Sequence record: DRR723986_1726
Direction: 5' to 3' (one strand)
DNA length: 44,834 nt
Every line of letters starts with the position of its first letter. Position 1 is the first letter of the stretch. The translations under genes and the position numbers were made by a program. The notes beneath the pieces were generated by a model. The model saw nothing but the letters and a program-made list of their open reading frames with translations. It did not search any database and was not told the DNA's origin. This document shows, one piece after another, positions 1-10,291 of the stretch.

Positions 1-1569
1 CCATTCCACATGGCTGTCGCCTTCAAAGGCCAGAATGTGCGTTGCTATCCGATCAAGGAAGAAACGGTCGTGGCTGATCACTACGGCGCAACCGGCGAAA
101 TTTTCCAGCGCTTCTTCAAGCGCTGCCAGCGTTTCAGTGTCCAGGTCATTCGTTGGCTCATCAAGCAGCAGCACATTGCCGCCCTCTTTAAGCATTTTGG
201 CCAAGTGTACCCGGTTGCGTTCACCACCGGAAAGCAGGCCAACTTTCTTTTGCTGGTCCCCGCCTTTAAAGTTAAAAGCCCCCACATAAGCCCGGGTGCT
301 AACTTCGCGCTTACCGAAGGTGAAAATATCATGCCCGCCGGAAATTTCTTCCCAAACATTATTATTAGAATCAAGTGCGTCCCGGCTCTGGTCAACATAA
401 CCCAAATGCACCGTATCACCGATGGTGATAGAGCCCTTGTCCGCCTGCTCCTGCCCAGTAATAAGCTTAAATAGCGTGGTTTTACCCGCACCGTTCGCAC
501 CAATGATGCCCACAATGCCGCCGGGTGGCAGGCTAAATGTAAGGTCTTCGAACAACAACTTATCACCGAATGCTTTGGTCAGGCCTTCGGCCTCAATCAC
601 CTTGCCGCCTAAGCGCGCAGGCGGCTGAATTTTGATCTGCGCTGGGCCGTTGACACGATCTTCCTGCGTTTTAAGCATTTCATCATAAGCTTTGATACGT
701 GCCTTAGACTTAGCTTGGCGTGCCTTCGGTGACTGCCTTATCCATTCAAGCTCATCATTCATTGCTTTCTGGCGCGCTGCATCGGCCCGCTCATCCTGTG
801 CCAAACGCTTGGTTTTCATCTCAAGCCAGGCGCTATAATTGCCCTCAAACGGAATGCCTTGCCCGCGGTCAAGCTCAAGCACCCATCCAACCACATTATC
901 AAGGAAATAACGGTCGTGAGTTACGAGGATGACACAACCTTTATAGTTCTGTAGGTGGTTCTCTAACCAGGCAACAGTCTCTGCATCCAAATGGTTGGTT
1001 GGCTCATCCAGCAGAAGGATGTCTGGCTTTTCAAGGAGCAATTTACACAGCGCCACCCGACGTTTCTCACCGCCAGACAAGTTATCTATCGCCCAATCAT
1101 TCGGTGGGCAGCAGAGCGCATCCATAGCCACTTCGGCTTCTGACTGCAGGTCCCACGCGTCAGCCGCATCAACCTTTTCCTGCAGCTCACCCATCTTGGC
1201 TAGTAAGTCCATATTTTCCGGGTCTTCGCCGTAAGCCATGGCGCACTCATTGAAGTCGTCAACCAGCTTCTGGGCTTCGGCCATGCCGTCCATTACGTTA
1301 CCGAGCACGTCTTTAGATGGATCAAGCTCTGGTTCCTGCGACAGGTAACCAACTTTGATGCCGTCTGCAGCCCATGCTTCGCCGCCAAATTCCTTTTCCT
1401 GACCCGCGATAATCCGCATGAGCGTAGATTTACCCGCACCGTTCTGGCCGATAATTGCAATTTTGGCATCGGGGAGAAAATTAAGGCTGATGCCCTTTAG
1501 AACTTCTTTGCCACCAGGATACTTCTTGGTGAGCTTTTGCATTTGATAAACATACTGGTAAGCAGCCAT
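1..1569 (-). CDS. ettA: Energy-dependent translational throttle protein EttA (ABC-F family); 3' end runs off the window edge
   Basis: Absent from the ORF track; translated by hand from ATG at 1569: MAAYQYVYQMQKLTKKYPGGKEVLKGISLNFLPDAKIAIIGQNGAGKST. Contains LSGGEKRRVALCKLLLEKPDILLLDEPTNHLDAE and a second Walker A (GANGAGKT). Confidence 0.93.
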   Translation of the reverse strand, partial: MAAYQYVYQMQKLTKKYPGGKEVLKGISLNFLPDAKIAIIGQNGAGKSTLMRIIAGQEKEFGGEAWAADGIKVGYLSQEPELDPSKDVLGNVMDGMAEAQKLVDDFNECAMAYGEDPENMDLLAKMGELQEKVDAADAWDLQSEAEVAMDALCCPPNDWAIDNLSGGEKRRVALCKLLLEKPDILLLDEPTNHLDAETVAWLENHLQNYKGCVILVTHDRYFLDNVVGWVLELDRGQGIPFEGNYSAWLEMKTKRLAQDERADAARQKAMNDELEWIRQSPKARQAKSKARIKAYDEMLKTQEDRVNGPAQIKIQPPARLGGKVIEAEGLTKAFGDKLLFEDLTFSLPPGGIVGIIGANGAGKTTLFKLITGQEQADKGSITIGDTVHLGYVDQSRDALDSNNNVWEEISGGHDIFTFGKREVSTRAYVGAFNFKGGDQQKKVGLLSGGERNRVHLAKMLKEGGNVLLLDEPTNDLDTETLAALEEALENFAGCAVVISHDRFFLDRIATHILAFEGDSHVEW

Positions 1570-1662
1570 GACGCGCGCCTTCAATTAGGGAAATTTGATT
1601 GCGCATCAATTACCGCAGAAACTGGCCCTTAACAAGGGCGATTAGTTAACTCTGCAGAGAAT

Positions 1663-2079
1663 TTATTCCTCATCCGAATTGAATAAATTATACGTCGGCA
1701 GACCGTCTTGCATATGTAACCACGGTAGTTGGTTTTTTACATATACATGCCCCCCGGGCGTAAAGTCTGCTGCGTCATCTAATAGCACCATATGCAGATG
1801 TATCTCGTTGGGCCATGCTTCGCCCTCGAACGACACGGCGCTACCGCATTTACTGCAAAACCGCCGGGTTACACCGGGACTGGACCGAAACACTGTTAGT
1901 TCATCGCCGGTGATAAGAACGGATGACTTATCAAACCCCGCATAAGTGGCAAAGGCTGCACTGGTCGCCTTCTGGCAGCTGGGGCAATGGCAATGACCCG
2001 TCCATTTGGGCTCGCCCATCACTTCAATTTTGACAGAACCACATAAGCATTTTCCTACATGGTCAGGGCCCGTAGTCAT
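1663..2079 (-). CDS. GFA / CENP-V family Zn-binding protein
   Basis: Cys pattern CLCG...CHCPSCQK...FCSKCGS. Confidence 0.9.
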   Translation of the reverse strand: MTTGPDHVGKCLCGSVKIEVMGEPKWTGHCHCPSCQKATSAAFATYAGFDKSSVLITGDELTVFRSSPGVTRRFCSKCGSAVSFEGEAWPNEIHLHMVLLDDAADFTPGGHVYVKNQLPWLHMQDGLPTYNLFNSDEE

Positions 2080-2732
2080 TTTTTATTCCCAAAAAACTTG
2101 GCGACAGACTTGTCCGCTCGTGCCTTGCTGGCTTGGTAAATATCGGTTTTTTTGGCGTTCTCCCAATACGGGGAAAGCGCTGGATAAGTTTCAAGGCCCG
2201 GCACACCAAAACGCGGCATTAACTGCTCAAACCAATAAAGCTGAGACATGATCGCTGCGTCTGCGTAGCTCCAAGCTTTGCCCACGGCAAACTGTTCACC
2301 TTCAATGCAATAATCCAGATACCGCAACGCTTCAGGGAGCGCGCGCTCTTTAGCATCAGCCAACTCTTCTTCTGTCGTTGTGCCACCAAACGCCACCTTG
2401 CCCATGGGGCCGATGGCATTTGTATAATAAATATCCAGCACCCGCACGATGCGGCTTGCTTTCGCCGCCATCATGGGGTCGGCCGGCGTTACGCTTTCAC
2501 CGCCAATAACTGCGTCCAAATATTCAACGATTGATTGGCTTTCGGAAAGCGACGTGTCGTCATCAAGCAGTAGGAATGGAATTTTCCCCAACGGATGATG
2601 GCTGAAGTGCTCGTCTGACTTAAAGCCCCCAGCCACGTCGGCCAAGGGTACCTCGCCAGCTTTGCCTTTCATCTCCAACGTGATAAGAATTCTCTCCACA
2701 TATGGGGAAACACTGTGGCCGCATAATTTCAT
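2076..2732 (-). CDS. Glutathione S-transferase family protein
   Basis: SPYVERI, HPLGKIP, SESQSIVEYLD, WSYADA motifs; 4-nt overlap with the GFA gene. Confidence 0.9.
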   Translation of the reverse strand: MKLCGHSVSPYVERILITLEMKGKAGEVPLADVAGGFKSDEHFSHHPLGKIPFLLLDDDTSLSESQSIVEYLDAVIGGESVTPADPMMAAKASRIVRVLDIYYTNAIGPMGKVAFGGTTTEEELADAKERALPEALRYLDYCIEGEQFAVGKAWSYADAAIMSQLYWFEQLMPRFGVPGLETYPALSPYWENAKKTDIYQASKARADKSVAKFFGNKK

Positions 2733-2836
2733 TGGAAGTTCCTCTTAATACTTCGTTACAATTTATTAAAACCCTAATTCACCAATGCTGACACCGCAAC
2801 GACATTATAGGCTTCATCAACTACCGAAATCATCAT

Positions 2837-3481
2837 TCAACCAGCCAATTGAAAACGAACGAGGTTCAAAGCCACAAGGATCATAACTGTTGCAATAAAA
2901 CTGTCCAGAATTCGCCAAGTAATCGCCTTTTGAAACAGGGGCGCTGCTTTTTTTCCACCGAAGGCAAGGCCGTAAAACCACACGGCGGATGCCGCAATAG
3001 CACCGATTAAAAACGCGCCGCGTTCAATGTCCGATCCATACCTGACGCTTACGCCGCCGATAAGCACCATGGTGTCCATATATACCCAAGGGTTCAGTAG
3101 CGAAAAGGCAGCAGCATGAAGCATCGCGGTTCGCGCACTGCCCCCGGCGGCGCTGCCTGCCGCTTCTTCCATCCGGTTGCCGTCCAATACATCGGGACTA
3201 ATGGCAGAGCGAATGCTACGAATTGCAAACCAAGTCAAAAACACAACTCCGCCCCAGCCCAACCAAGTTGCCAAAGTATCGTTCCCGGCGATATACCGCC
3301 CGACACCCATGACACCGAGTGTGATGAGCGTCGCATCAGCCGCAAAACATACGCTGGCCACCGGAACCGCATGACGTTGGCGAATTCCCTGTCTCAGCAC
3401 ATAGGCATTTTGCGGCCCAATCGCGACAATAAGGCCGATTGAGATGATAAAACCTTCCAGCAGTATTAATAGATTATCCAC
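2837..3481 (-). CDS. LysE/ArgO family amino acid exporter
   Basis: LIVAIGPQNAYVLRQG and LLNPWVYMDT signatures; hydrophobic helices. Confidence 0.9.
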   Translation of the reverse strand: MDNLLILLEGFIISIGLIVAIGPQNAYVLRQGIRQRHAVPVASVCFAADATLITLGVMGVGRYIAGNDTLATWLGWGGVVFLTWFAIRSIRSAISPDVLDGNRMEEAAGSAAGGSARTAMLHAAAFSLLNPWVYMDTMVLIGGVSVRYGSDIERGAFLIGAIAASAVWFYGLAFGGKKAAPLFQKAITWRILDSFIATVMILVALNLVRFQLAG

Positions 3482-3516
3482 GCAAATTCTTTCAAACTTG
3501 TAAGTGCATTAGGCCG

Positions 3517-4518
3517 TTAGAAATGCCTAGCAAGCCAGTCCAGCAAGGATGCATTCACATCATTAGCACGCTCTAATTGGGTCCAGTGACCGCACGCCGC
3601 GTAATCTATCCGCGCATAGGGCTCGCACAGCTCTTCCATGCCGTCAGCCAACTTGGGTGGGCACACACCGTCTCGTTCGGCCGTATACATCAGACATGGC
3701 TTTTCAACCTTTGGCAGCGCACCATCCACAAGGAACTGTTTCTGTGCTTCCCAGTTATTTGCCATGTTGCGGTACCAATGCAGTGGCCCGGTCATACCGT
3801 TCCGCGAATAGCCATCAACGAAATAGGCCAACTCTTCTTCGCTGAGCAATGGTTCTCCCATCGTAGTCTCGTCGCGCGCTTCAAGTAGCGTTACAAGATC
3901 AATACCTTTCATCGCCTTCAATATTTCCGGGCGGATCGGCTGTTTAAAACGCTTGCCACCGGTAGCAGTTCGAATAAAAAAGCTGAAAGTTGCAGCAAGG
4001 TCTTCTTCCAGAATTGGTTCGCACGCACCTTCTGTTTGGTAACGCACAATATACATGTTTTCGCCCAGCGTTTGACGAAACAACGTAATCGGATCAATGG
4101 GGAAATGGCGCATCAAAGGCACATTCATACCCACGCAACCTTTCACCCGGTCACTAATGTAAAACGGCGTTTGCCACAACACAATTGCACCCCAGTCATG
4201 GCCCACTAGCACCGCGTCTTTAAGCCCGTAATGGTCCTGAATAGCAGCGATATCGCCGGTCAGTTTGGCCATGGTGTAATTTTCCACACCCTTCGGCGCA
4301 TCTGACCTGCCGTAACCGCGGCCATCATGCGTGAAAACCGGGTATCCTGCAGATGCCAATGCATTCATCTGGCTCTTCCAGCCAATCGCCAAATCTGGCC
4401 AACCATGCAAAAACATCACGGCAGGCTTATCAGTTGTATCTGGGTTTGGGCCGCTACGGTAGACCGCCAAATTTACCCCGCTATTGTTCACAAATTCAGG
4501 ATTATAGAAATCAGTCAT
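3517..4518 (-). CDS. Alpha/beta hydrolase, epoxide hydrolase-like
   Basis: HGWPD oxyanion motif, GHDWG nucleophile Asp, WYRN, CGHWTQLE catalytic His. Confidence 0.88.
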   Translation of the reverse strand: MTDFYNPEFVNNSGVNLAVYRSGPNPDTTDKPAVMFLHGWPDLAIGWKSQMNALASAGYPVFTHDGRGYGRSDAPKGVENYTMAKLTGDIAAIQDHYGLKDAVLVGHDWGAIVLWQTPFYISDRVKGCVGMNVPLMRHFPIDPITLFRQTLGENMYIVRYQTEGACEPILEEDLAATFSFFIRTATGGKRFKQPIRPEILKAMKGIDLVTLLEARDETTMGEPLLSEEELAYFVDGYSRNGMTGPLHWYRNMANNWEAQKQFLVDGALPKVEKPCLMYTAERDGVCPPKLADGMEELCEPYARIDYAACGHWTQLERANDVNASLLDWLARHF

Positions 4519-4544
4519 AGTTACGTTCCCTGCCCTTCCAATAA

Positions 4545-5912
4545 CTAGCCACCAAAAGCTGCGGCAATAAATAATGCTATAATCGCTACAGGCACCAAAT
4601 AACGAATAGCACCGTATAACAGTGAGAATAGCGCAGTGCTTTCCAGCGGCAAGGCCTGCCTGAACGTCTCTTTAGGTATGCCCCACCCCACCATCAACGC
4701 GAAAGCGAGCCCACCAAGCGGCAACACAATATTGTTCACGCCCTCCCGGATAAGGTCAAACCATGTGTGCCCTTCAAGGCCCATAAACGCCAGTGGGTAA
4801 AACTCACTCCAACTGGAAAAAGACAGAACCGTCAACAGGCTGAGTACAAAAACCAGCCCGGCCATTAACCATGCCGCTGCCCATCTGGGCACGCCCATTT
4901 GTTGCAATTTGGCTGTCGTGGGCGACAGCAAGACAATCGAAGAGGTCAGCGCCGCAAATGTAAGCAAAAGGAAAAATACAAAGGCAACCACCGCCCCTAA
5001 CGGAATTTCAGCAAAGACCACTGGCAAGGTTACAAAGACCAACCCTGGCCCAACACCGGGTTCCATCCCGCTGGCAAATAAAAGCGGAAATATCGCTAAG
5101 CCCGCCAGCAACGCCACCGCAAGATCCATGGCAACAACCCAGCCTGCTGCGCGCGGTAAATGCACGTCACTGCCCATGTATGAGCCCATGATCATAATAC
5201 CACCCACACCGACACCAATAGTGAAGAAAGCCTGCCCCACTGCGTCCATAAACAGCTGAGGCCCGAAAGTCATCTGGTTGAAACCAAACAAGAAGCGCAG
5301 TGCTTCGGTGAAAGCGCCGGTAACCGCAGAATAAATTACCATGCCAGCAAGCATGAAAAACAGCGCTGGCATCATCAATTTGCTGGCACGCTCAATACCA
5401 CCGCGAACACCCGAGGCAACAATGATTGCTGTTAACGCACAAAAAATTGCTGACCACAAAAGCGGCCCGGCTGGGTCCGCCTTAAATACGGCGTCATACT
5501 CGCGGATAGCCTCCACGCTCCATCCGGTCATACCACCAGCTATTGCATTATAGCCGTAAGCCATAATTTGCCCGGCAATGACGGCATAAAAGCTCAGAAC
5601 AAAGATGGTGGCGACAAGCCCCATCCAAGCAGCCCAATGCCAAGGCAACCTTGCACCCACGGAGTTACCAAGCGTTTTCAGTGCCGTAACCGGGTCGGCT
5701 TTCCCCATGCGCCCTAGTGCAAGTTCAGCAACGAATACTGGCGTGGCAATGAAGGCCAAAGCAATCAGATAAACAAATATAAAGCCTGCACCGCCATTTT
5801 TGCCGGCAACATAGGTAAAGCTCCAGATATTGCCCAGCCCAATCGCAGATCCTGCTGTAGCTATAATGAAGGCGAACCGGCTGGAAAATGTCGGTTGCTT
5901 TTTTTGTGGCAT
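4545..5912 (-). CDS. Sodium-dependent transporter, NSS/SNF family
   Basis: AGSAIGLGNIWSF...NGGAGF, ELALGR, GQAFFT and GPGLVFVTLP motifs. Confidence 0.92.
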   Translation of the reverse strand: MPQKKQPTFSSRFAFIIATAGSAIGLGNIWSFTYVAGKNGGAGFIFVYLIALAFIATPVFVAELALGRMGKADPVTALKTLGNSVGARLPWHWAAWMGLVATIFVLSFYAVIAGQIMAYGYNAIAGGMTGWSVEAIREYDAVFKADPAGPLLWSAIFCALTAIIVASGVRGGIERASKLMMPALFFMLAGMVIYSAVTGAFTEALRFLFGFNQMTFGPQLFMDAVGQAFFTIGVGVGGIMIMGSYMGSDVHLPRAAGWVVAMDLAVALLAGLAIFPLLFASGMEPGVGPGLVFVTLPVVFAEIPLGAVVAFVFFLLLTFAALTSSIVLLSPTTAKLQQMGVPRWAAAWLMAGLVFVLSLLTVLSFSSWSEFYPLAFMGLEGHTWFDLIREGVNNIVLPLGGLAFALMVGWGIPKETFRQALPLESTALFSLLYGAIRYLVPVAIIALFIAAAFGG

Positions 5913-6069
5913 AGGGCCCTCCCCTTGCGCTCTACCCTATAGGTAACCAAGCCGATTTCAATAGCCCTGTGCAAGTCGCCAGTCGCTTTGGATTGACTAC
6001 CCACCAAACAAACTATGCTTGGTCGTACGGCCCCGATTGGTTATGAAGGATATAGGGAGGGATCACATC

Positions 6070-7707
6070 ATGAAATCACTTTTGGCATCATCGTTTTTCG
6101 CAGCGTCCATATTGCTTACTAGCAGCGCTCTGGCGTGGCAAAGCGAAACAGTTGAAATCGGCGAAGAACGTGCTCAGCGCATTGAAAAGTTGCCGCAAGT
6201 AGCAAGCCCCCGTGAAACCCGTCTAAGCGCTGGCCCTTTCAAGCGAATGGTCATTCGCGGCGCCACCATGGTAGACGGCACCGGCTCGCCTCCCATTGGC
6301 CCGGTTGATATTGTAATAGAAGATAACCGCATCAGTGAAATTCGCCTTGTGGGCAACCCCGGCGTGCCCATACGCCCTGAAGGCCGTCCAGCAAAAGGCG
6401 ATCATGAAATTGACGCCAGCGGCAGTTATATTCTGCCCGGCCTTATTGATAGCCACAGCCATATTGGTAACGCACTTTGGGGCCTAACCGGCGACATGCC
6501 GTCGATGGACTATATCTTCAAACTATGGCTCAGCCACGGCATCACCACCAGCCGCGAGGTGGGCTGCGGTCTAGGTGCCGGCTATACACTCAGCGAAAAA
6601 GAACGTTCAGCCAAGAACGAGATCACCGCCCCTCGTTTGGTGGTTCATTGTGCTTTCCCTACTGGCTTTTCAGAACCAAAACAGGCGCGCGACTGGGTTA
6701 AAGGTATCAAGAAACGCGGTGCAGACGGCATCAAATTCTTCGGCGGCCACCCGCGCATTTTGGAGGCTGCCTTCGCAGAGGCAAAAAAGCAAAAACTGCG
6801 CACAGCCTTTCACCATGCACAAGTATCTGTCGCCCGGGTTAATGTGTTGACCAGCGCCCGATGGGGCCTGAATTCAATGGAGCATTGGTACGGCCTGCCC
6901 GAAGCCTTGTTTGATGACAAAGTTATCCAAGATTATCCGCTGGATTATAATTACGCCAATGAGCAGGACCGTTTCGGCGAAGCGGGCCGGCTGTGGAGGC
7001 AGGCTGCCAAACCCGGTAGCGATAAGTGGAATGCAGTGATGGATGAATTGCTGTCGCTTGATTTTACGCTTGACCCCACTTTCACCATTTATGAGGCCAA
7101 CCGTGATGTGATGCGGTCACGCAATGCCGATTGGCATAAGGAATATACGTTGCCGTCCGTTTGGCGCTTTTTCCAACCGAACCGGGTGTTGCATGGCAGT
7201 TATCATTTTGACTGGACTACGCAAGACGAAATCGACTGGAAAAATAATTTCGAAATGTGGATGACCTTCGTCAACGAATATAAAAACCGCGGCGGGCGCG
7301 TAACCGCGGGCTCAGACAGTGGGTTTATCTTCAAACTGTTTGGTTTCGATTATATTCGCGAACTCGAACTGCTGCAAGAAGCGGGCTTTCACCCATTGGA
7401 GGTGTTGCAATCAGCCACCATTAACGGCGCAGAACTCATTGGCCGGGAGGCAGACCTTGGCAGCATTGAGGTTGGCAAGCTGGCCGACTTGGTGATTGTG
7501 GATGAAAACCCCATCAACAACCTGAAAGTACTGTACGGCACTGGTCACATGCGCCTTAACGACGCAAGTGGTGAAGTTGAGCGGGTTGGTGGAGTAAAAT
7601 ACACGATCAAAGACGGCATTATATATGACGCCGTCATGATGCGCGCCGATGTTCGTGCGATGGTTCAGGCTGCGAAAGACGCAGAAAACGCTGGAGCTAT
7701 GAATTAG
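6070..7707 (+). CDS. Secreted amidohydrolase family protein
   Basis: Start moved to ATG 6070 (GGGAGGGA SD upstream; signal peptide ...SSALA). PGLIDSHSH metal motif, AGSDSG, GSIEVGKLADLVIVD. Confidence 0.85.
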   Translation: MKSLLASSFFAASILLTSSALAWQSETVEIGEERAQRIEKLPQVASPRETRLSAGPFKRMVIRGATMVDGTGSPPIGPVDIVIEDNRISEIRLVGNPGVPIRPEGRPAKGDHEIDASGSYILPGLIDSHSHIGNALWGLTGDMPSMDYIFKLWLSHGITTSREVGCGLGAGYTLSEKERSAKNEITAPRLVVHCAFPTGFSEPKQARDWVKGIKKRGADGIKFFGGHPRILEAAFAEAKKQKLRTAFHHAQVSVARVNVLTSARWGLNSMEHWYGLPEALFDDKVIQDYPLDYNYANEQDRFGEAGRLWRQAAKPGSDKWNAVMDELLSLDFTLDPTFTIYEANRDVMRSRNADWHKEYTLPSVWRFFQPNRVLHGSYHFDWTTQDEIDWKNNFEMWMTFVNEYKNRGGRVTAGSDSGFIFKLFGFDYIRELELLQEAGFHPLEVLQSATINGAELIGREADLGSIEVGKLADLVIVDENPINNLKVLYGTGHMRLNDASGEVERVGGVKYTIKDGIIYDAVMMRADVRAMVQAAKDAENAGAMN

Positions 7708-7708
7708 A

Positions 7709-8188
7709 TCACAGCAACGCTTCGATAGACTTGCGAATGGCGCTTGGGGTGTCGGTGGGGGCAAAGCGCTTAACCACCTTGCCCTCGCGGTTCACCAAAA
7801 ACTTGGTGAAATTCCATTTGATACGCTGCGACCCCATTAGGCCGGGCTTTTCTGCTTTCAAATATTTGTAAAGCGGGTCTGCCTTAGGGCCATTAACATC
7901 AATCTTAGAAAACATAGGGAAGCTGACGCCGTAGTTGATTTGGCAAAATTCGCCAATCTGCTCGTCGGTGCCGGGGTCTTGCGCACCGAACTGGTTGCAA
8001 GGAAAGCCCGCAATAACCAAGCCCTTGTCTTTCAGGTCACCGTATAGCTTCTCAAGGCCTTCAAACTGCGGTGTAAATCCGCATTTTGACGCTGTATTAA
8101 CAATCAAGATCACTTTGCCTTCATAGTCAGCAAGCGGCTGCTCTTTGCCATTTAAAAGATCGGCACTGAAATCATAGATAGAGGTCAT
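7709..8188 (-). CDS. Glutathione peroxidase (cytoplasmic, Cys type)
   Basis: [34 protein letters not shown]. Confidence 0.95.
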   Translation of the reverse strand: MTSIYDFSADLLNGKEQPLADYEGKVILIVNTASKCGFTPQFEGLEKLYGDLKDKGLVIAGFPCNQFGAQDPGTDEQIGEFCQINYGVSFPMFSKIDVNGPKADPLYKYLKAEKPGLMGSQRIKWNFTKFLVNREGKVVKRFAPTDTPSAIRKSIEALL

Positions 8189-8214
8189 GGTTTGCTCAAT
8201 TCATCAAAGAAGTT

Positions 8215-8595
8215 TCATTCCTCTGACAAGATAGGGTTTTTATCCCTGATAGCAAGTTCCAGTCGTGAAATGGACCGCATAGTGGCAGCGCGGTTAACCT
8301 CCATCCAAGCCCACAACTCAAAGCTCAGCATGGTGACACCGGCCAGAACAGACCAAACACCCCAAAAAATCTGGCCCTCAACCGAAGCCGCCCCGAGGAA
8401 CCCCCATATACAGTAAAGCGCGATTAGGAAAAACACCGTGGTTAACCCAATAACCAGCTTTACCGTGCCGCCTGTACTGCCCTTCAAGGCATCACGGAAC
8501 ATCTGGCTTATATCACCGGTTTCACCCAGAATTTCATCAACATCAAGGCTCTCGGCCTCAAGCTCGCGTTTAATACGATCATCAATACTATTCAT
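8215..8595 (-). CDS. Small two-TM membrane protein (DUF6768-like), putative anti-sigma partner, copy 2
   Basis: Two hydrophobic segments; C-terminal WAWMEVNRAATMRSISRLEL; paralog of 9335..9709; overlaps the sigma gene by 4 nt. Confidence 0.75.
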   Translation of the reverse strand: MNSIDDRIKRELEAESLDVDEILGETGDISQMFRDALKGSTGGTVKLVIGLTTVFFLIALYCIWGFLGAASVEGQIFWGVWSVLAGVTMLSFELWAWMEVNRAATMRSISRLELAIRDKNPILSEE

Positions 8596-9215
8596 ATAAC
8601 ACTCTCCAATTTTTGTCTGTCGCTGCTCGGGCTTTGGCTTAAGGCCTCACCGTTATCACTTGGGGGTTCGATTTGTTGTTTTAGTCGATTGCGCGCCCGC
8701 GACAGGCGCGACTTCACCGTACCAGACGGCACACCTTGCACAGCGGCTATTTCTGCAACGTTCAAGTCTTCTAAGTAAAACAAATAAAGGGCTTCACCTT
8801 CCCCTGAAGGAAGCGCTTGAATTAGCCGTCTAAGTTGGTCTCCGGTTGTCCAGGCTTCAGGGCAGTCATCAGCTGTAATTTCCTCAACCAATTCTTCGCC
8901 TGCGTTTTTGCTGCGCCGCCTAATGTGGTCAAAAGTGCGCCAGCGGACTGCTTTAAATACGCGCGCGCGAAATGTATGTGGCGGAAACACTTGCTTCATT
9001 GACCGCAACGTCAACATCCATGCATCCTGCACAGCGTCCCGGGCCAGCGTGTCATCATTGCAAAGACGAAACGAAAACCTAAGCAGCGATGGCTGATAAA
9101 GGCGGTATAGTGCTTCAAAAGCTCTCTCATTGCCTGCCAAGGCCGCCAGCACCAGCTTTTCTTCTTTTGCCCGAACATCTAGTCGGGCACTTGTTTTTGT
9201 ATGACTGGCATTCAT
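8592..9215 (-). CDS. ECF RNA polymerase sigma factor, copy 2
   Basis: Region 2 (AFEALYRLY...DAVQDAW) and region 4 (EIAAVQGVPSGTVKSRLSRAR). Start placed at ATG 9215 (GAGGA upstream) instead of TTG 9299. Confidence 0.88.
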   Translation of the reverse strand: MNASHTKTSARLDVRAKEEKLVLAALAGNERAFEALYRLYQPSLLRFSFRLCNDDTLARDAVQDAWMLTLRSMKQVFPPHTFRARVFKAVRWRTFDHIRRRSKNAGEELVEEITADDCPEAWTTGDQLRRLIQALPSGEGEALYLFYLEDLNVAEIAAVQGVPSGTVKSRLSRARNRLKQQIEPPSDNGEALSQSPSSDRQKLESVI

Positions 9216-9270
9216 TAAGGCCTGCAATCCTCGCTGCCGTTTTTCTAGTTCACTAACGTCTGCCCATAAC

Positions 9271-9295
9271 AACGCAGGACAAACGTATTTGGTTC
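9271..9295 (-). promoter_or_regulatory. Putative ECF sigma promoter GAACC-N16-CGTT upstream of sigma copy 2
   Basis: Minus strand GAACC aaatacgtttgtcctg CGTT; canonical ECF AAC/CGT geometry. Confidence 0.6.
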
Positions 9296-9334
9296 TCAAG
9301 GATAGCTGATATTCTCTGCGCGAGCTATTTCTGA

Positions 9335-9709
9335 CTATTTGGTCCGAGCGGCCAGTGCTGCCACTGCAAGTTCTAGCCGTTTAATTTCGCGCATCAGGCT
9401 GGCACGGTTCATTTCCATCCATTGCCACTGTTTCAAAGCGACCTGTGCCATTGCGGATGTAATGAAACATACACCCCAGAAAATATGATCGTCAGCACCT
9501 ACAGCCTGAAAAAACTCATACCCGCACCAAACCATTATACCTGAAACGACAAGCGTAATAACACCAGCAATCCATACCCACCGGCGCATGCTGCCTTTAA
9601 ATGCTGCTCCTACCATGTCGGGCAAGCCGCCGTCTTCAGCCAATAGTTCATCAATGGCAGAGGTTTCCTCAGCCAGTTCTTTTTGGATACGTTCGTCTAA
9701 GTTGGACAT
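9335..9709 (-). CDS. Small two-TM membrane protein (DUF6768-like), putative anti-sigma partner, copy 1
   Basis: MSNLDERIQKEL start, two TM segments, WQWMEMNRASLMREIKRLEL tail. Confidence 0.78.
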   Translation of the reverse strand: MSNLDERIQKELAEETSAIDELLAEDGGLPDMVGAAFKGSMRRWVWIAGVITLVVSGIMVWCGYEFFQAVGADDHIFWGVCFITSAMAQVALKQWQWMEMNRASLMREIKRLELAVAALAARTK

Positions 9710-10266
9710 ATACTGTCTCCTATACTGTTGCCGTAGTAACTTGGCTGTTTTGCCTTTACGTTACTTCGCGCTGTATTAAGCCGGGACTTGACGGTGCCAA
9801 TCGGAATGTCAAGAACAGCGCTTATCTCCGATAGTTTCATTTCTTCCAGATAAAAAAGTGCCAATATCTGTCGCTCACCATCCGGAAGCCTCTTCATGAT
9901 TGCGGAAAGCTGGTCACTTGTTGCCTCCGGCTCTGAGGTAACAGCTGTTTCCGGCACAGCATCAAGCGACTCGGCTTTTGGCGGTAACTTGCGCGCTAGA
10001 TCAATCACTCTCCAGCGCACTGTCTTGTAGACCCATAGGCGAAAGCTGCGTGGGTCTTTTAAGCGCCGCAGTGTTTTTGAGAGGGTAATCCATGCTTCCT
10101 GCACGGCGTCTACTGCAAGCTGCTCGTCGCCGCAAAGCCGGTAAGCAAAGCGCTTTAACGCTGGGTTATAGACCCGAAACAACGCTTCAAAGGCCCGCGT
10201 ATCACCGCGCTGTGCTGCGATAACCAGAAGGTCTTCTTTTACCTTGTCTAATTTAGCTTTAGCCAC
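9697..10266 (-). CDS. ECF RNA polymerase sigma factor, copy 1
   Basis: AFEALFRVY...DAVQEAW; EISAVLDIPIGTVKSRLNTAR; GTG start with GAGAGG SD. Confidence 0.92.
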   Translation of the reverse strand: MAKAKLDKVKEDLLVIAAQRGDTRAFEALFRVYNPALKRFAYRLCGDEQLAVDAVQEAWITLSKTLRRLKDPRSFRLWVYKTVRWRVIDLARKLPPKAESLDAVPETAVTSEPEATSDQLSAIMKRLPDGERQILALFYLEEMKLSEISAVLDIPIGTVKSRLNTARSNVKAKQPSYYGNSIGDSICPT

Positions 10267-10291
10267 GGAGTTATCCTCTCAATAGCTATAA

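Noticed and set aside
10-1234. Several short ORFs in the track over this stretch
   Set aside because: They are antisense or out-of-frame shadows of ettA, which the track missed because its stop lies outside the window.
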